Assembly: GCA_964631725.1 (NCBI GenBank)
Contig: CAZVYX010000016.1
Span: forward strand, 36,773 to 100,772
DNA: 64,000 nucleotides
Direction of reading: 5' to 3'
DNA from: an uncultured Rhodospirillaceae bacterium
GTDB lineage: Bacteria > Pseudomonadota > Alphaproteobacteria > GCA-2731375
A model generated the notes under the pieces. It was given only the letters and a program-made list of their open reading frames with translations, was not told the origin of the DNA and ran no database searches. This document shows positions 1 through 8,636 of the stretch, piece after piece (position 1 is the stretch's first letter; each line of letters begins with the position of its first letter). Made by a program: the position numbers and the translations under genes.

Positions 1-1
1 A

Positions 2-466
2 GGTCCGTTCAGCGTCAGCTTCGACGCCTGGAGCCCGTTCAACACCGGCCTGCAGCTCGATTCGGTGATCGATAACGTCGCCGCGCATATCCTTTTTGCC
101 GATGGCGTCGCCGGTGCCGTCGATACCGCCGCCACTTGTACCGCCTTCACCGCCGATCAGGCCGGCAACACCCGCACGCGCCTCTCCAATGGTTTCCAGA
201 TCTTCCCCGGCAGCGTGCCGATCTTCCGCAACAGCACCCTGATCGGCGGCATTGGTGTCTCCGGCGACGGCATCGATCAAGACGACATGGTATCCTTTCT
301 TGGCACCCACGACGCAGGTCAGTCGCTGGGGACCGGTGTCGGCAATGCGCCGACCGGCGTCCGCGCCGATAACCTGGCGCCCCAGGGCGTGCACCTGCGC
401 TATGTCAGTTGTCCTTTCAAACCATTTCTGGGATCCCGTGAGCGCAATGCCTGCCGCAACAAATAG
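2..466 (+). CDS. C-terminal part of a GlcG/DUF336 (HbpS-like heme-binding) family protein; the 5' end lies outside the window
   Basis: The ORF is open from the window edge and reads '...TLIGGIGVSGDGIDQDDMVSF...', which resembles the conserved GxGVSGG..DE core of DUF336/GlcG proteins. Confidence 0.4.
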   Translation, partial: GPFSVSFDAWSPFNTGLQLDSVIDNVAAHILFADGVAGAVDTAATCTAFTADQAGNTRTRLSNGFQIFPGSVPIFRNSTLIGGIGVSGDGIDQDDMVSFLGTHDAGQSLGTGVGNAPTGVRADNLAPQGVHLRYVSCPFKPFLGSRERNACRNK

Positions 467-2378
467 CCGGCCCCTGGCCCTGGCCGCCTGCCTCTGCGCC
501 CTATGGGCGATACCGGGGACGGCACTGGCGGGCAAGGAGCGCATTGAGGCGGCATTGATGCCGGCCAAGCCGACGGCGCCGGCTGCGGTCCTGGCGCCGA
601 CGATGGTGCCGCCGCCACGGCCGGTACTGGTTCAGACCACGGACACGGATGCCGCCGTGGCGCAGCGGATGGCACAGAACAGCCGCCGCGTACCTGGCCG
701 CGCCCCGTCCAGGGAACGCAAACGGGAGCGGCGCTTCGACCCCAACGCTGTCGAGCCGCCGCAGCCCAACGTGCCACGCGAGTTCCTGCCGGTGATGGAC
801 CGCTGGCGCATTGTCGATGCCGTCGGCGTGACGCCGAAATGGTGGGATCCCTATAACCAGAGCTACATAAAGGGCGACCGTCCGGTGTTCGGCAAGGATT
901 GGTTCTTTAACCTAGCGGCAATTTCAGACACGGTGATCGAGCCGCGCCTGCTGCCTACGCCGCTCAGTCCAAGCGGCGCCGTCGGATCGGGCAGGAACGA
1001 TGTCTTTGGCGACGGCGATCAGCTGTTCATGAACCAGAACATCATTCTCGGCTTGTCGCTGATCAAGGGCGACACCGCCTTTCGCCCGCCGGATATCGAG
1101 GCCCGCGTGACGCCGGTCTTCAGCTACAATCGCCTGAAGGTTAAGGAACTGGGTGTCACCCACCGCGACCCGAGGAAAGGCAAGACGCGAAACGACAGTT
1201 TTCTCGGCCTGCAGGAAGCGTTCCTGGACTATCACATCGGCAACCTATCGGACCGCTACGACTTCATTTCGGTTCGCGCCGGCATCCAGCCATTTTCCAC
1301 GGATTTCCGCGGCTTTCTTTTCCAGGACAACCAGTTGGGCGTCCGCCTGTTCGGCAACCACGACAACAACATCTTCCAGTATAACCTGGCCTGGTTCCGG
1401 CGCCTCGAGAAGGACACCAACAGCGGCCTCAACGACGTTGGCAAGAGGCTCCGCGACGACGATATTTTCATCACCAACCTATATATCCAGGACCTGCCGG
1501 TGCGTGGCTTTGTCTCGCAAGCATCCCTGGTGCACAACCGCAACCGCGAAGGCAGCAGAACGTTCTACAACGACAACAAGTTCCTCGAGCGGCCAGCCTC
1601 GTTCGGCGACGAGCGATTCCGGGATTACGATGTGACCTATCTCGGATTTAACGGTGATGGCCATTTCGGCCGCGCCAACCTGACGCTTTCCGCCTACTTC
1701 GCCTGGGGCACGGACGACCACAACCAGATTGCTTCTTCGGCACCGGGGGAGAAGTCGGATATTCGCGCCCAGTTCTTTGCTTTCGAGCCATCGGTTGATT
1801 TCGACTGGATCCGGCTGCGCGGCTCGATACTCTATGCCAGCGGCGACAGCGACCCGTTCGACGACAAGGAGGAGGGGTTCGATGCGATATTCGAGAATCC
1901 GCAGTTTGCCGGCGGCGATACCAGCTATTGGATCCGCCAGGGCATTCCGCTGATCGGCGGCGGCGGCGGCGCGCTGACGCAGCGCAACGGCGTGCTGGCC
2001 AGCCTGCGTTCATCGAAGGAGCACGGCCAGTCGAATTTCAACAATCCCGGCCTGATCCTGTTCGGCGGTGGCGGCGACTTTGATCTGTTGCCGGAATTGC
2101 GAATGTCGTTCAACGTCAACCGGCTGATGTTCGACAATACCTCGAACTTGGAGGCGTTGCGCAACCAAGGCCAGATCGACGAGAGTATCGGCGTCGATGT
2201 TTCGCTGTCGCTGATCTATCGGCCGTTGATGATCCAGAACGTCATCATGCGCCTGTCCGGCGCGGTCCTCTTCGCCGACGACGGCTTCAAGGATTTGTAT
2301 GCCTCCGCTGCCACGCCGGACGGCTCTTCCGATGACCGTTACTATTCGATCCTTGGCAATCTTATCCTGGTCTTTTAG
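447..2378 (+). CDS. Outer-membrane beta-barrel protein (porin-like), putative partner of the downstream decaheme cytochrome
   Basis: Sec signal peptide MPAATNSRPLALAACLCALWAIPGTALA. About 640 aa rich in alternating amphipathic stretches, with aromatic and Gly residues. The C-terminal residue is Phe (...GNLILVF*), typical of Bam-dependent OM barrels. The stop at 2378 abuts the cytochrome start. Confidence 0.6.
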   Translation: MPAATNSRPLALAACLCALWAIPGTALAGKERIEAALMPAKPTAPAAVLAPTMVPPPRPVLVQTTDTDAAVAQRMAQNSRRVPGRAPSRERKRERRFDPNAVEPPQPNVPREFLPVMDRWRIVDAVGVTPKWWDPYNQSYIKGDRPVFGKDWFFNLAAISDTVIEPRLLPTPLSPSGAVGSGRNDVFGDGDQLFMNQNIILGLSLIKGDTAFRPPDIEARVTPVFSYNRLKVKELGVTHRDPRKGKTRNDSFLGLQEAFLDYHIGNLSDRYDFISVRAGIQPFSTDFRGFLFQDNQLGVRLFGNHDNNIFQYNLAWFRRLEKDTNSGLNDVGKRLRDDDIFITNLYIQDLPVRGFVSQASLVHNRNREGSRTFYNDNKFLERPASFGDERFRDYDVTYLGFNGDGHFGRANLTLSAYFAWGTDDHNQIASSAPGEKSDIRAQFFAFEPSVDFDWIRLRGSILYASGDSDPFDDKEEGFDAIFENPQFAGGDTSYWIRQGIPLIGGGGGALTQRNGVLASLRSSKEHGQSNFNNPGLILFGGGGDFDLLPELRMSFNVNRLMFDNTSNLEALRNQGQIDESIGVDVSLSLIYRPLMIQNVIMRLSGAVLFADDGFKDLYASAATPDGSSDDRYYSILGNLILVF

Positions 2379-2390
2379 GTGCCCTTCGAT

Positions 2391-5300
2391 ATGCGCATTC
2401 TATCCATTGTCATCATCATGCTTACGGCGCCATTGCTGTCATTGCAGCCGGCGCTGGCCGCCGGTGGACCCGAGAAACCCAGGCACGTCGAGTTCAGACC
2501 GACCCCCCCGGCGCCGCGGTCCCAATTGCCCGACCAGGCAATGCGCAAGAGCGCCGGCTGCGTTTCGTGCCACACCAAGGTCGACTCGCTGTCGATGCAC
2601 GAAAGCCCCGGCGTCATCCTGGGCTGCACCGATTGCCACGGCGGCAATGCCAACGTTTTCAAGAAGGACTTCGCCACTTACGTGACCGCGAAGCTGGATG
2701 CGCACGTGCAGCCAACCCTGCCGCAAACCTGGGGTCATCCCAGCGCTGCCAATCCGAAGCACAGCTACACGCTGCTGAACCGCGAGGCCCCGGAGTACAT
2801 CCGTTTTGTCAATCCCGGTGACCTGCGGGTCGCGCGCGAGGCCTGCGGCAGCTGCCATCTGCCGATCATCCAGGCCTCCGAACGCAGCCTGATGTCGACG
2901 GGCGCCATGCTGTGGGGCGGCGCCGCATACAACAACAACATCCTGCCGTTCAAGCGCTATATTCTGGGCGAGGGCTATACCCGCGAGGGCGAGGCGGCGG
3001 CGCTGGTCAACCCGGTGGCCCCGGATGCCAAGCTGACCGCGCGCGGCGTGCTGCCGCAGCTATATCCGCTGCCAGCCTGGGAGACAATTCCGCCGGGCGA
3101 CATCTTCCGGGTGTTCGAGCGCGGCGGCCGGAACATCCTTAATCTGTTCCCGGAGATTGGCTTGCCCAATGCCGCCGGCCAGTTGCAGCGGCTGGAAGAG
3201 CCGGGACGCCCGGATATCCGGCAGTCGAACCGCGGCCCCGGTACCGGCCTTAGGATCGCCGTGCCGGTCATCAATATCACCAAGACCCGGCTGAACGACC
3301 CTTTTCTCTGGTTCCTCGGCACCAATGATGGGCCGGGCGACTACCGCTCGTCCGGCTGTTCGGCCTGCCATGTGGTCTACGCCAATGACCGCGACCCGCG
3401 GCACTCCGGTCCGTATGCAAAGTTCGGCCATACCGGCAAGTCGCAGAGCGTCGATCCGACGATTCCGAAGAACGAGGAAGGCCATCCGCTCAAGCATAGC
3501 TTCTCGAACGCCATTCCGACCAGCCAGTGCATGATCTGCCACATGCACCAGCCGAATGTGTTCGTGAACACCTACCTCGGCTACACGATGTGGGATTACG
3601 AATCGGACGCCCCCTTCATGTGGCCGGAAAAGCAGCGCTACCCGACAGCCGCGGAGATGCATAAGATTCTCAGCCGCAACCCGGAGGAGGCGTCGATACG
3701 TGGCAAATGGGGCGACGTCGAATTCCTCAAGGAGGTCAGCAAGCTCAATCCGAAACTGAAGAACACTCAGTTTGCCGACTATCACGGCCATGGCTGGAAC
3801 TTCCGCGCTATCTTCAAGAAGAACCGCAAGGGCGACCTGCTGGATGCCGAGGGCAAGACCGTGGAACCGGACGACCCCGACAAGTTCAAGAAGGCGGTGC
3901 ACATGTCGTCGATCCATCTCGATGTCGGCATGCATTGCGTCGACTGCCATTTCTCACAGGACTCTCATGGCAGCGGACATATCTATGGTGAGGTGCAGGC
4001 GGCGATCGAGATCCGTTGTATTGACTGCCACGGCACCCCGAAAAAGGCGCCGACGCTTCTGACCAGTGGGCCGGCGGCGCCGCCCAACGGCCACGATCTG
4101 GAGCTGCTGCGCACCCCGGATGGACGAAAGCGTTTTAAATGGCGCGGCACCCAATGCGACCGGCCCCTCGAAGAGGCGCGTGACTGCAAGCTCTATCAAC
4201 GCGCCTCGCTCGATCCGGACCTGGAGTGGGAGGTCAGCCTGCTGCGCGACATCGTCGACCCGAAGCACACCGCATTTAACGCCAAGGCGGCGCGCGCCAA
4301 ATTGATGTCCAGCGATCCGCTGGGCCTGAAATGGGGCCCTGGAGTTGATCCCAAGGATCTGGCGCACAAAAGCGACAGCGAATTCGAGTGCTTTACCTGC
4401 CACACGGCCTGGACAACCTCCTGCGCCGGATGTCACCTGCCGATCCAAGCAAATTGGAAGACGGAGCGACATCACTATGAGGGCGGTGAGACCCGCAACT
4501 TCGCTACCTACAACCCGCAGGTGGTGCGCGATCAAATGTTCCAGATCGGCATTCACGGCAGCGTCAAGAACAAGACCATCGCGCCGGTGCGTTCGTCGTC
4601 GGCGCTTATTCTATCATCGCAGAACATCAACCGCGAGCGTATCTACGTTTCGCAGCCGCCGATCGCCGCCAGCGGCTATTCCAGCCAGGCCTTCGCGCCG
4701 CACTTTGCGCACACGGTACGCAAGACGGAAACCAAGACCTGCACCGACTGCCATTTGTCCAAGGAGAACGACAATAACGCGATCATGGCGCAACTGCTGC
4801 TGCATGGCACGAATTTCGTGAATTTCGTTGGGCCGTTTCAGTGGGTCGGCGAAGCCGGTGGCATCGAAGGCGTGAAGGTGGCAGAATTCGATGAGCCACA
4901 GGCGGTGATCGGCAGCTACCTGCACCGCCATGCCTTTCCCGATTGGTACCAAGCCCATCAGGACCGTGGTCAGCAGCTGGAGACCGCGCACGGCCATCGC
5001 GGTGATGAAAGCCGCTGTTTGCAGCACCGTGGCGAGTACCTCTACGTTGCCCAGGGCAAGGACGGAATGCGGGTCTACGATGTCGCCTCGATCGCCAACA
5101 AGGGCATCTCCCAACGTATTATCACCGCGCCATTCTCGCCGTTGGGCCACGACACCCACATCGCCTCGGCCAATGCCACTTGTGTCGTGCTGCCGACCAA
5201 TCAGCCAATTCACCCGGACCGCAACCAGGGTGACCTGATGCGCAAGACCAACGAGGAGCAGCCCTTTCATCCGATCTATGATTACGCTTTCATCACCGAT

Positions 5301-6194
5301 ACCGAGGAAGGCCTGATCCTGACCGACGTCAACACCTTGGCCGACGGCAAGCCGCGCAACAACTACCTGACGCGGGCGCTGACCTGGAACGAGGGCGGCA
5401 TTCTGAACGGTGCCCGCCACCTGACCATCGCCGGCCATTTCTTCTATGTCGCGACTCCGCGCGGCATCGTCGTGCTCGACATGGACGATCCGCTGAAGCC
5501 GAAGGTGCTGGCTTCCATCGAACTGCCGGATGCCCGGGCCAGCGCGCTGCAGTTCCGCTATTTGTTCGTTACCGACGGCGGCGGGTTGTCGGTGGTCGAT
5601 GTCACCAATCCGTCCGAACCGCGCGTCGTACCGGGGGCCAGGATCGCGCTGCAGGATGCCCGGCGCGTCTATTTGGCGCGGACCTTCGCCTATGTCGCAG
5701 CCGGGTCGCAGGGTATCGCCATCGTCGATATCGAGCGGCCGGAGCAGCCGAAGCTTTACCAGCTCTATAACGCCGATGGCAAAATCGCCGACGCCTACGA
5801 TGTTACCGCCGCCTCGACCAACGCCTCGCTGTTCGCCTATGTTGCCGATGGCGCCAACGGCCTGCACGTGGTGCAGTTGACCGCGCCGGACACGCAGCCC
5901 CGGTTCTACGGCTTCAGCCCGGATCCGAAACCTGAGCTGATCGCCACCCGGCGCACCCGGTGGCCGGCGTTATCCCTCTCCAAGGGGTTGGATCGCGATC
6001 GCGCGGTCGACGAGACCGGCCACCAGATCGCCATTTTCGGCCGCATGGGCTCGCGCCCGTTCAACATGCAGGAGATGCAGCAGCTCTACCTCGACAAGGG
6101 CAAGCCGTGGTTTGTCGACGATGAGCCCCGCATGCGGAATTTGCTGCCGGCGCGCCGCCCGGCCGCCGGAAGTCCCAGGGCAAGCCTCGATTGA
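2391..6194 (+). CDS. Secreted decaheme c-type cytochrome with a C-terminal LVIVD-repeat beta-propeller domain
   Basis: Signal peptide MRILSIVIIMLTAPLLSLQPALA. Ten CxxCH motifs (CVSCH, CTDCH, CGSCH, CSACH, CMICH, CVDCH, CIDCH, CFTCH, CAGCH, CTDCH) in the first ~800 aa. The C-terminal ~400 aa carry repeated 'Y/FVAxGxxGxxVxDV(T/S)NPxxP' units typical of LVIVD repeats. An alternative GTG start lies at 2379. Confidence 0.8.
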   Translation: MRILSIVIIMLTAPLLSLQPALAAGGPEKPRHVEFRPTPPAPRSQLPDQAMRKSAGCVSCHTKVDSLSMHESPGVILGCTDCHGGNANVFKKDFATYVTAKLDAHVQPTLPQTWGHPSAANPKHSYTLLNREAPEYIRFVNPGDLRVAREACGSCHLPIIQASERSLMSTGAMLWGGAAYNNNILPFKRYILGEGYTREGEAAALVNPVAPDAKLTARGVLPQLYPLPAWETIPPGDIFRVFERGGRNILNLFPEIGLPNAAGQLQRLEEPGRPDIRQSNRGPGTGLRIAVPVINITKTRLNDPFLWFLGTNDGPGDYRSSGCSACHVVYANDRDPRHSGPYAKFGHTGKSQSVDPTIPKNEEGHPLKHSFSNAIPTSQCMICHMHQPNVFVNTYLGYTMWDYESDAPFMWPEKQRYPTAAEMHKILSRNPEEASIRGKWGDVEFLKEVSKLNPKLKNTQFADYHGHGWNFRAIFKKNRKGDLLDAEGKTVEPDDPDKFKKAVHMSSIHLDVGMHCVDCHFSQDSHGSGHIYGEVQAAIEIRCIDCHGTPKKAPTLLTSGPAAPPNGHDLELLRTPDGRKRFKWRGTQCDRPLEEARDCKLYQRASLDPDLEWEVSLLRDIVDPKHTAFNAKAARAKLMSSDPLGLKWGPGVDPKDLAHKSDSEFECFTCHTAWTTSCAGCHLPIQANWKTERHHYEGGETRNFATYNPQVVRDQMFQIGIHGSVKNKTIAPVRSSSALILSSQNINRERIYVSQPPIAASGYSSQAFAPHFAHTVRKTETKTCTDCHLSKENDNNAIMAQLLLHGTNFVNFVGPFQWVGEAGGIEGVKVAEFDEPQAVIGSYLHRHAFPDWYQAHQDRGQQLETAHGHRGDESRCLQHRGEYLYVAQGKDGMRVYDVASIANKGISQRIITAPFSPLGHDTHIASANATCVVLPTNQPIHPDRNQGDLMRKTNEEQPFHPIYDYAFITDTEEGLILTDVNTLADGKPRNNYLTRALTWNEGGILNGARHLTIAGHFFYVATPRGIVVLDMDDPLKPKVLASIELPDARASALQFRYLFVTDGGGLSVVDVTNPSEPRVVPGARIALQDARRVYLARTFAYVAAGSQGIAIVDIERPEQPKLYQLYNADGKIADAYDVTAASTNASLFAYVADGANGLHVVQLTAPDTQPRFYGFSPDPKPELIATRRTRWPALSLSKGLDRDRAVDETGHQIAIFGRMGSRPFNMQEMQQLYLDKGKPWFVDDEPRMRNLLPARRPAAGSPRASLD

Positions 6195-6201
6195 AGCCGC
6201 G

Positions 6202-6229
6202 CCCGACACGGGCCGCGCGCCGGTGTCGG
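6202..6229. terminator. GC-rich hairpin between the convergent cytochrome genes (putative bidirectional terminator)
   Basis: Inverted repeat CCGACAC(N13)GTGTCGG lies immediately after the 2391-6194 stop and before the 3' end of 6243-7607. Confidence 0.35.
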
Positions 6230-6242
6230 TAGGAATCCGCCG

Positions 6243-7607
6243 CTACGGAATGAGGCTGCCGAACGCCTGCAGGGCGGCGGTGAACTGTTTCGAATCGTAG
6301 TTGTCGTCGCTTTCGAGCGCCTTGTAGCAGGCGTCCAGCGCCTTCTGCAGCGCCGCCCGCTGGGTCTTGTCCAGGGCGCCGATGTTGCCCATCGCCGCCA
6401 TGATGGTACCGAGCGACATGGTCGCCTGTTCGGCACCGGAATAGTCGGTGTACTGGTTGTCCAGGCCATATTTCACCGTGCCCTTGAGCAGCGCGGTCAT
6501 GTCGGCCTTGCCGAACTTGTGCGATGAAAAGCGCTTGATCAGTTGCTCGGCGTTCGCGCGCAGGGCCGTGGCCTCTTTTGTCAGATTGCCCTGGCCCTCG
6601 CGGCTTGCCTTATGCAGGGCGAGACCGCGTTGACGAAGCTCCTTGCCAAGCTGTGGATCAAGGTGATTGGTGATCACCTGCAGCATCAGCAGATTGGCAT
6701 CCTGCAAGCGCGGAATACCTGGCCCGAGGCCAACCGTGGTACGCGGCTGCCAGCGCTGCTTATTCAGGCTGCGATGACAGCTGTGACAGTCGAACAGCAC
6801 CAACTCGGGGAACACGCCATCACGCCCCATCTTTGGGTCGAGCAGCGCGTCCAGCATGGTCTTTAGCGCCATCGCCTGGCCGATCGCCCAGACCTGGACG
6901 CCGTTCCAGTTGCCCTTCCGTTTGCGGTAGTCGGCGTCAACCTTGTAGTGCGCCGGCTGCAGCGCCGTGAAGGTGTCGAGCTCGAAACTCATGCGCGGAT
7001 GGCCCGCGCCCATGATGCGGTGGCTGACGAAACGCATTTGGTCACCGAAATGGCACGACAGACATAGCCGCGCCCGTTCGATCGGTTTGGCTGTGGAATA
7101 AAGACCGTTCGCGACGTTGTTCTTGTGTGAGGCGTTGGCCGCGATATGCGCGCCAATCCAGCGTCCGGCCCCGCCATGGCAGGCTTCGCAGCCGACCCCG
7201 TCGGTTATCTGGAAGGTTCGGTGGCGCAGCTTTTTCGGCACATTGTCGGCGTGACAGTCGAGGCAGATGTCGGCGGTATGGGCGTCGGGCAGTCCCAAAT
7301 TCGCGGCAATCTTCTTGGAACGTTTGTTCAGCAGCATGTCGTAGGCCTTGGCGTGCTTGTCCTTGCTCTGCCAGGTCACGAATTCGTTCTGCAGGATCGG
7401 TGAATTGGGCCAACTCTTCACCGCGCCGTGGCAGGTGCTGCCCGCGCAGGATGCAACACCCATATGAAATTCCTTGTCCGCAAGCGGCAATAGCATCTCC
7501 GCCGCCGAGGCTCCAAAACTCATCAACGCGCTGGAAAAAATCGTAAGCGCGCCTAGCAGAATGATTGAGCGCCGCACCGTCACACCCCCCGTGTTTCCCA
7601 GACCCAA
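6243..7607 (-). CDS. Periplasmic multiheme (penta-heme) cytochrome c
   Basis: N-terminal signal peptide (RRSIILLGALTIFSSALMSFGASAAE). Heme motifs CAGSTCH (CX4CH-like), CLDCH, CEACH, CLSCH and CHSCH. Confidence 0.7.
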   Translation of the reverse strand: MGLGNTGGVTVRRSIILLGALTIFSSALMSFGASAAEMLLPLADKEFHMGVASCAGSTCHGAVKSWPNSPILQNEFVTWQSKDKHAKAYDMLLNKRSKKIAANLGLPDAHTADICLDCHADNVPKKLRHRTFQITDGVGCEACHGGAGRWIGAHIAANASHKNNVANGLYSTAKPIERARLCLSCHFGDQMRFVSHRIMGAGHPRMSFELDTFTALQPAHYKVDADYRKRKGNWNGVQVWAIGQAMALKTMLDALLDPKMGRDGVFPELVLFDCHSCHRSLNKQRWQPRTTVGLGPGIPRLQDANLLMLQVITNHLDPQLGKELRQRGLALHKASREGQGNLTKEATALRANAEQLIKRFSSHKFGKADMTALLKGTVKYGLDNQYTDYSGAEQATMSLGTIMAAMGNIGALDKTQRAALQKALDACYKALESDDNYDSKQFTAALQAFGSLIP

Positions 7608-7780
7608 TATTCTGCACGCGGCCGGTTTGCCCGCTCTGCAGGCACCTGAATTGACCCGACGGTGCAGCTAAGCTTCGCACCAAATCCACTGGCCTGACGC
7701 CGCGATTTCGACACCTTGTTCGCGTCGTCACTTCCCTTACTTCGGAATTATGGCATGGCCGCGATGCCATTGCCACCACG

Positions 7781-8626
7781 ATGCGTTTTCAATGTCCGAG
7801 CTACGATTTAGTATTCGCTTTACCGGCCCCTTACCGCTGCGGCATAGTGGCGGACGCATCAAAAAATGACGGCCGCAATGTGACTTGGGATCTATACGTT
7901 GCCATCGTGCTGGTTCTCGCCGCGCCCTTCGTGGGGCGATTTCTTGCCATGCTGGTGGTGCGGTATCCGAACTGGCGCGGCATTTGGTTCGCCCGCTCGG
8001 CTTGTAGTCGCTGCGCCGTACCGCTATCGGTGCGCGCGCAACTTCCGCTTCTTGGCTGGCTTCTTGATGGTGGCCACTGCCCCGCGTGCGGTCAGCGGAC
8101 ACCCGGTCTGGTGCTCCTTTTCGAGATTGCCGCGCTGGCAATCGCCATATGGTCGCTCGCAGTGTTCGACGGCATCGCGGCGGTTTCCGCCGCCATGCTG
8201 GGCTGGCTGCTGATTGCCGCCGCGGCGATCGATCAGCGCACGATGCTGCTGCCTGACAGCTTGACCGCCGCCGCCCTATTGCTGGGATTTGCTGTTGCCG
8301 CCGCCGCCGGTCCCAATGCGTTGTTGAGTGCTCTTGCCGGGGCCGCCGCCGGCTTTGCCGCCTTCGCCCTGATCGGTGCGTTCTTCAGGCGCTTGCACGG
8401 ACACGACGGCCTTGGCCTCGGTGATGCCAAATTGCTGGCGGCGGCGGGCGCATGGGTCGGCTGGCAGTCGCTGCCGTCGTTGGTTTTGATCGCCGCGAGC
8501 ACGGCCATCGTGGTGATCCTATTGACGGGATTGGTAGGTGATGGCGGCATACGGCGGCGGCTACCATTTGGGCCGCACCTGGGATTGGCGGCCTGGCTTA
8601 CCCTGCTCTACCGGCCGTTGCCATGA
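7781..8626 (+). CDS. gspO: Type IV prepilin leader peptidase (A24 family, GspO/PilD)
   Basis: N-terminal tetra-Cys zinc motif (CSRCAVPL...CPACGQ). Conserved GLGDAKLLAAAGAWVGW motif, multiple TM segments. The exact start is uncertain; a later GTG is possible. Confidence 0.8.
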   Translation: MRFQCPSYDLVFALPAPYRCGIVADASKNDGRNVTWDLYVAIVLVLAAPFVGRFLAMLVVRYPNWRGIWFARSACSRCAVPLSVRAQLPLLGWLLDGGHCPACGQRTPGLVLLFEIAALAIAIWSLAVFDGIAAVSAAMLGWLLIAAAAIDQRTMLLPDSLTAAALLLGFAVAAAAGPNALLSALAGAAAGFAAFALIGAFFRRLHGHDGLGLGDAKLLAAAGAWVGWQSLPSLVLIAASTAIVVILLTGLVGDGGIRRRLPFGPHLGLAAWLTLLYRPLP

Positions 8627-8636
8627 GGAGGTGCCG

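Noticed and set aside
3060-5867. Long minus-strand ORFs (3060-3950, 3954-4556, 4614-5867) inside the decaheme cytochrome gene
   Set aside because: They are antisense to a gene with 10 conserved CxxCH motifs and a signal peptide. Their composition is low-complexity Arg/Ala/Gly typical of GC-rich antisense frames.
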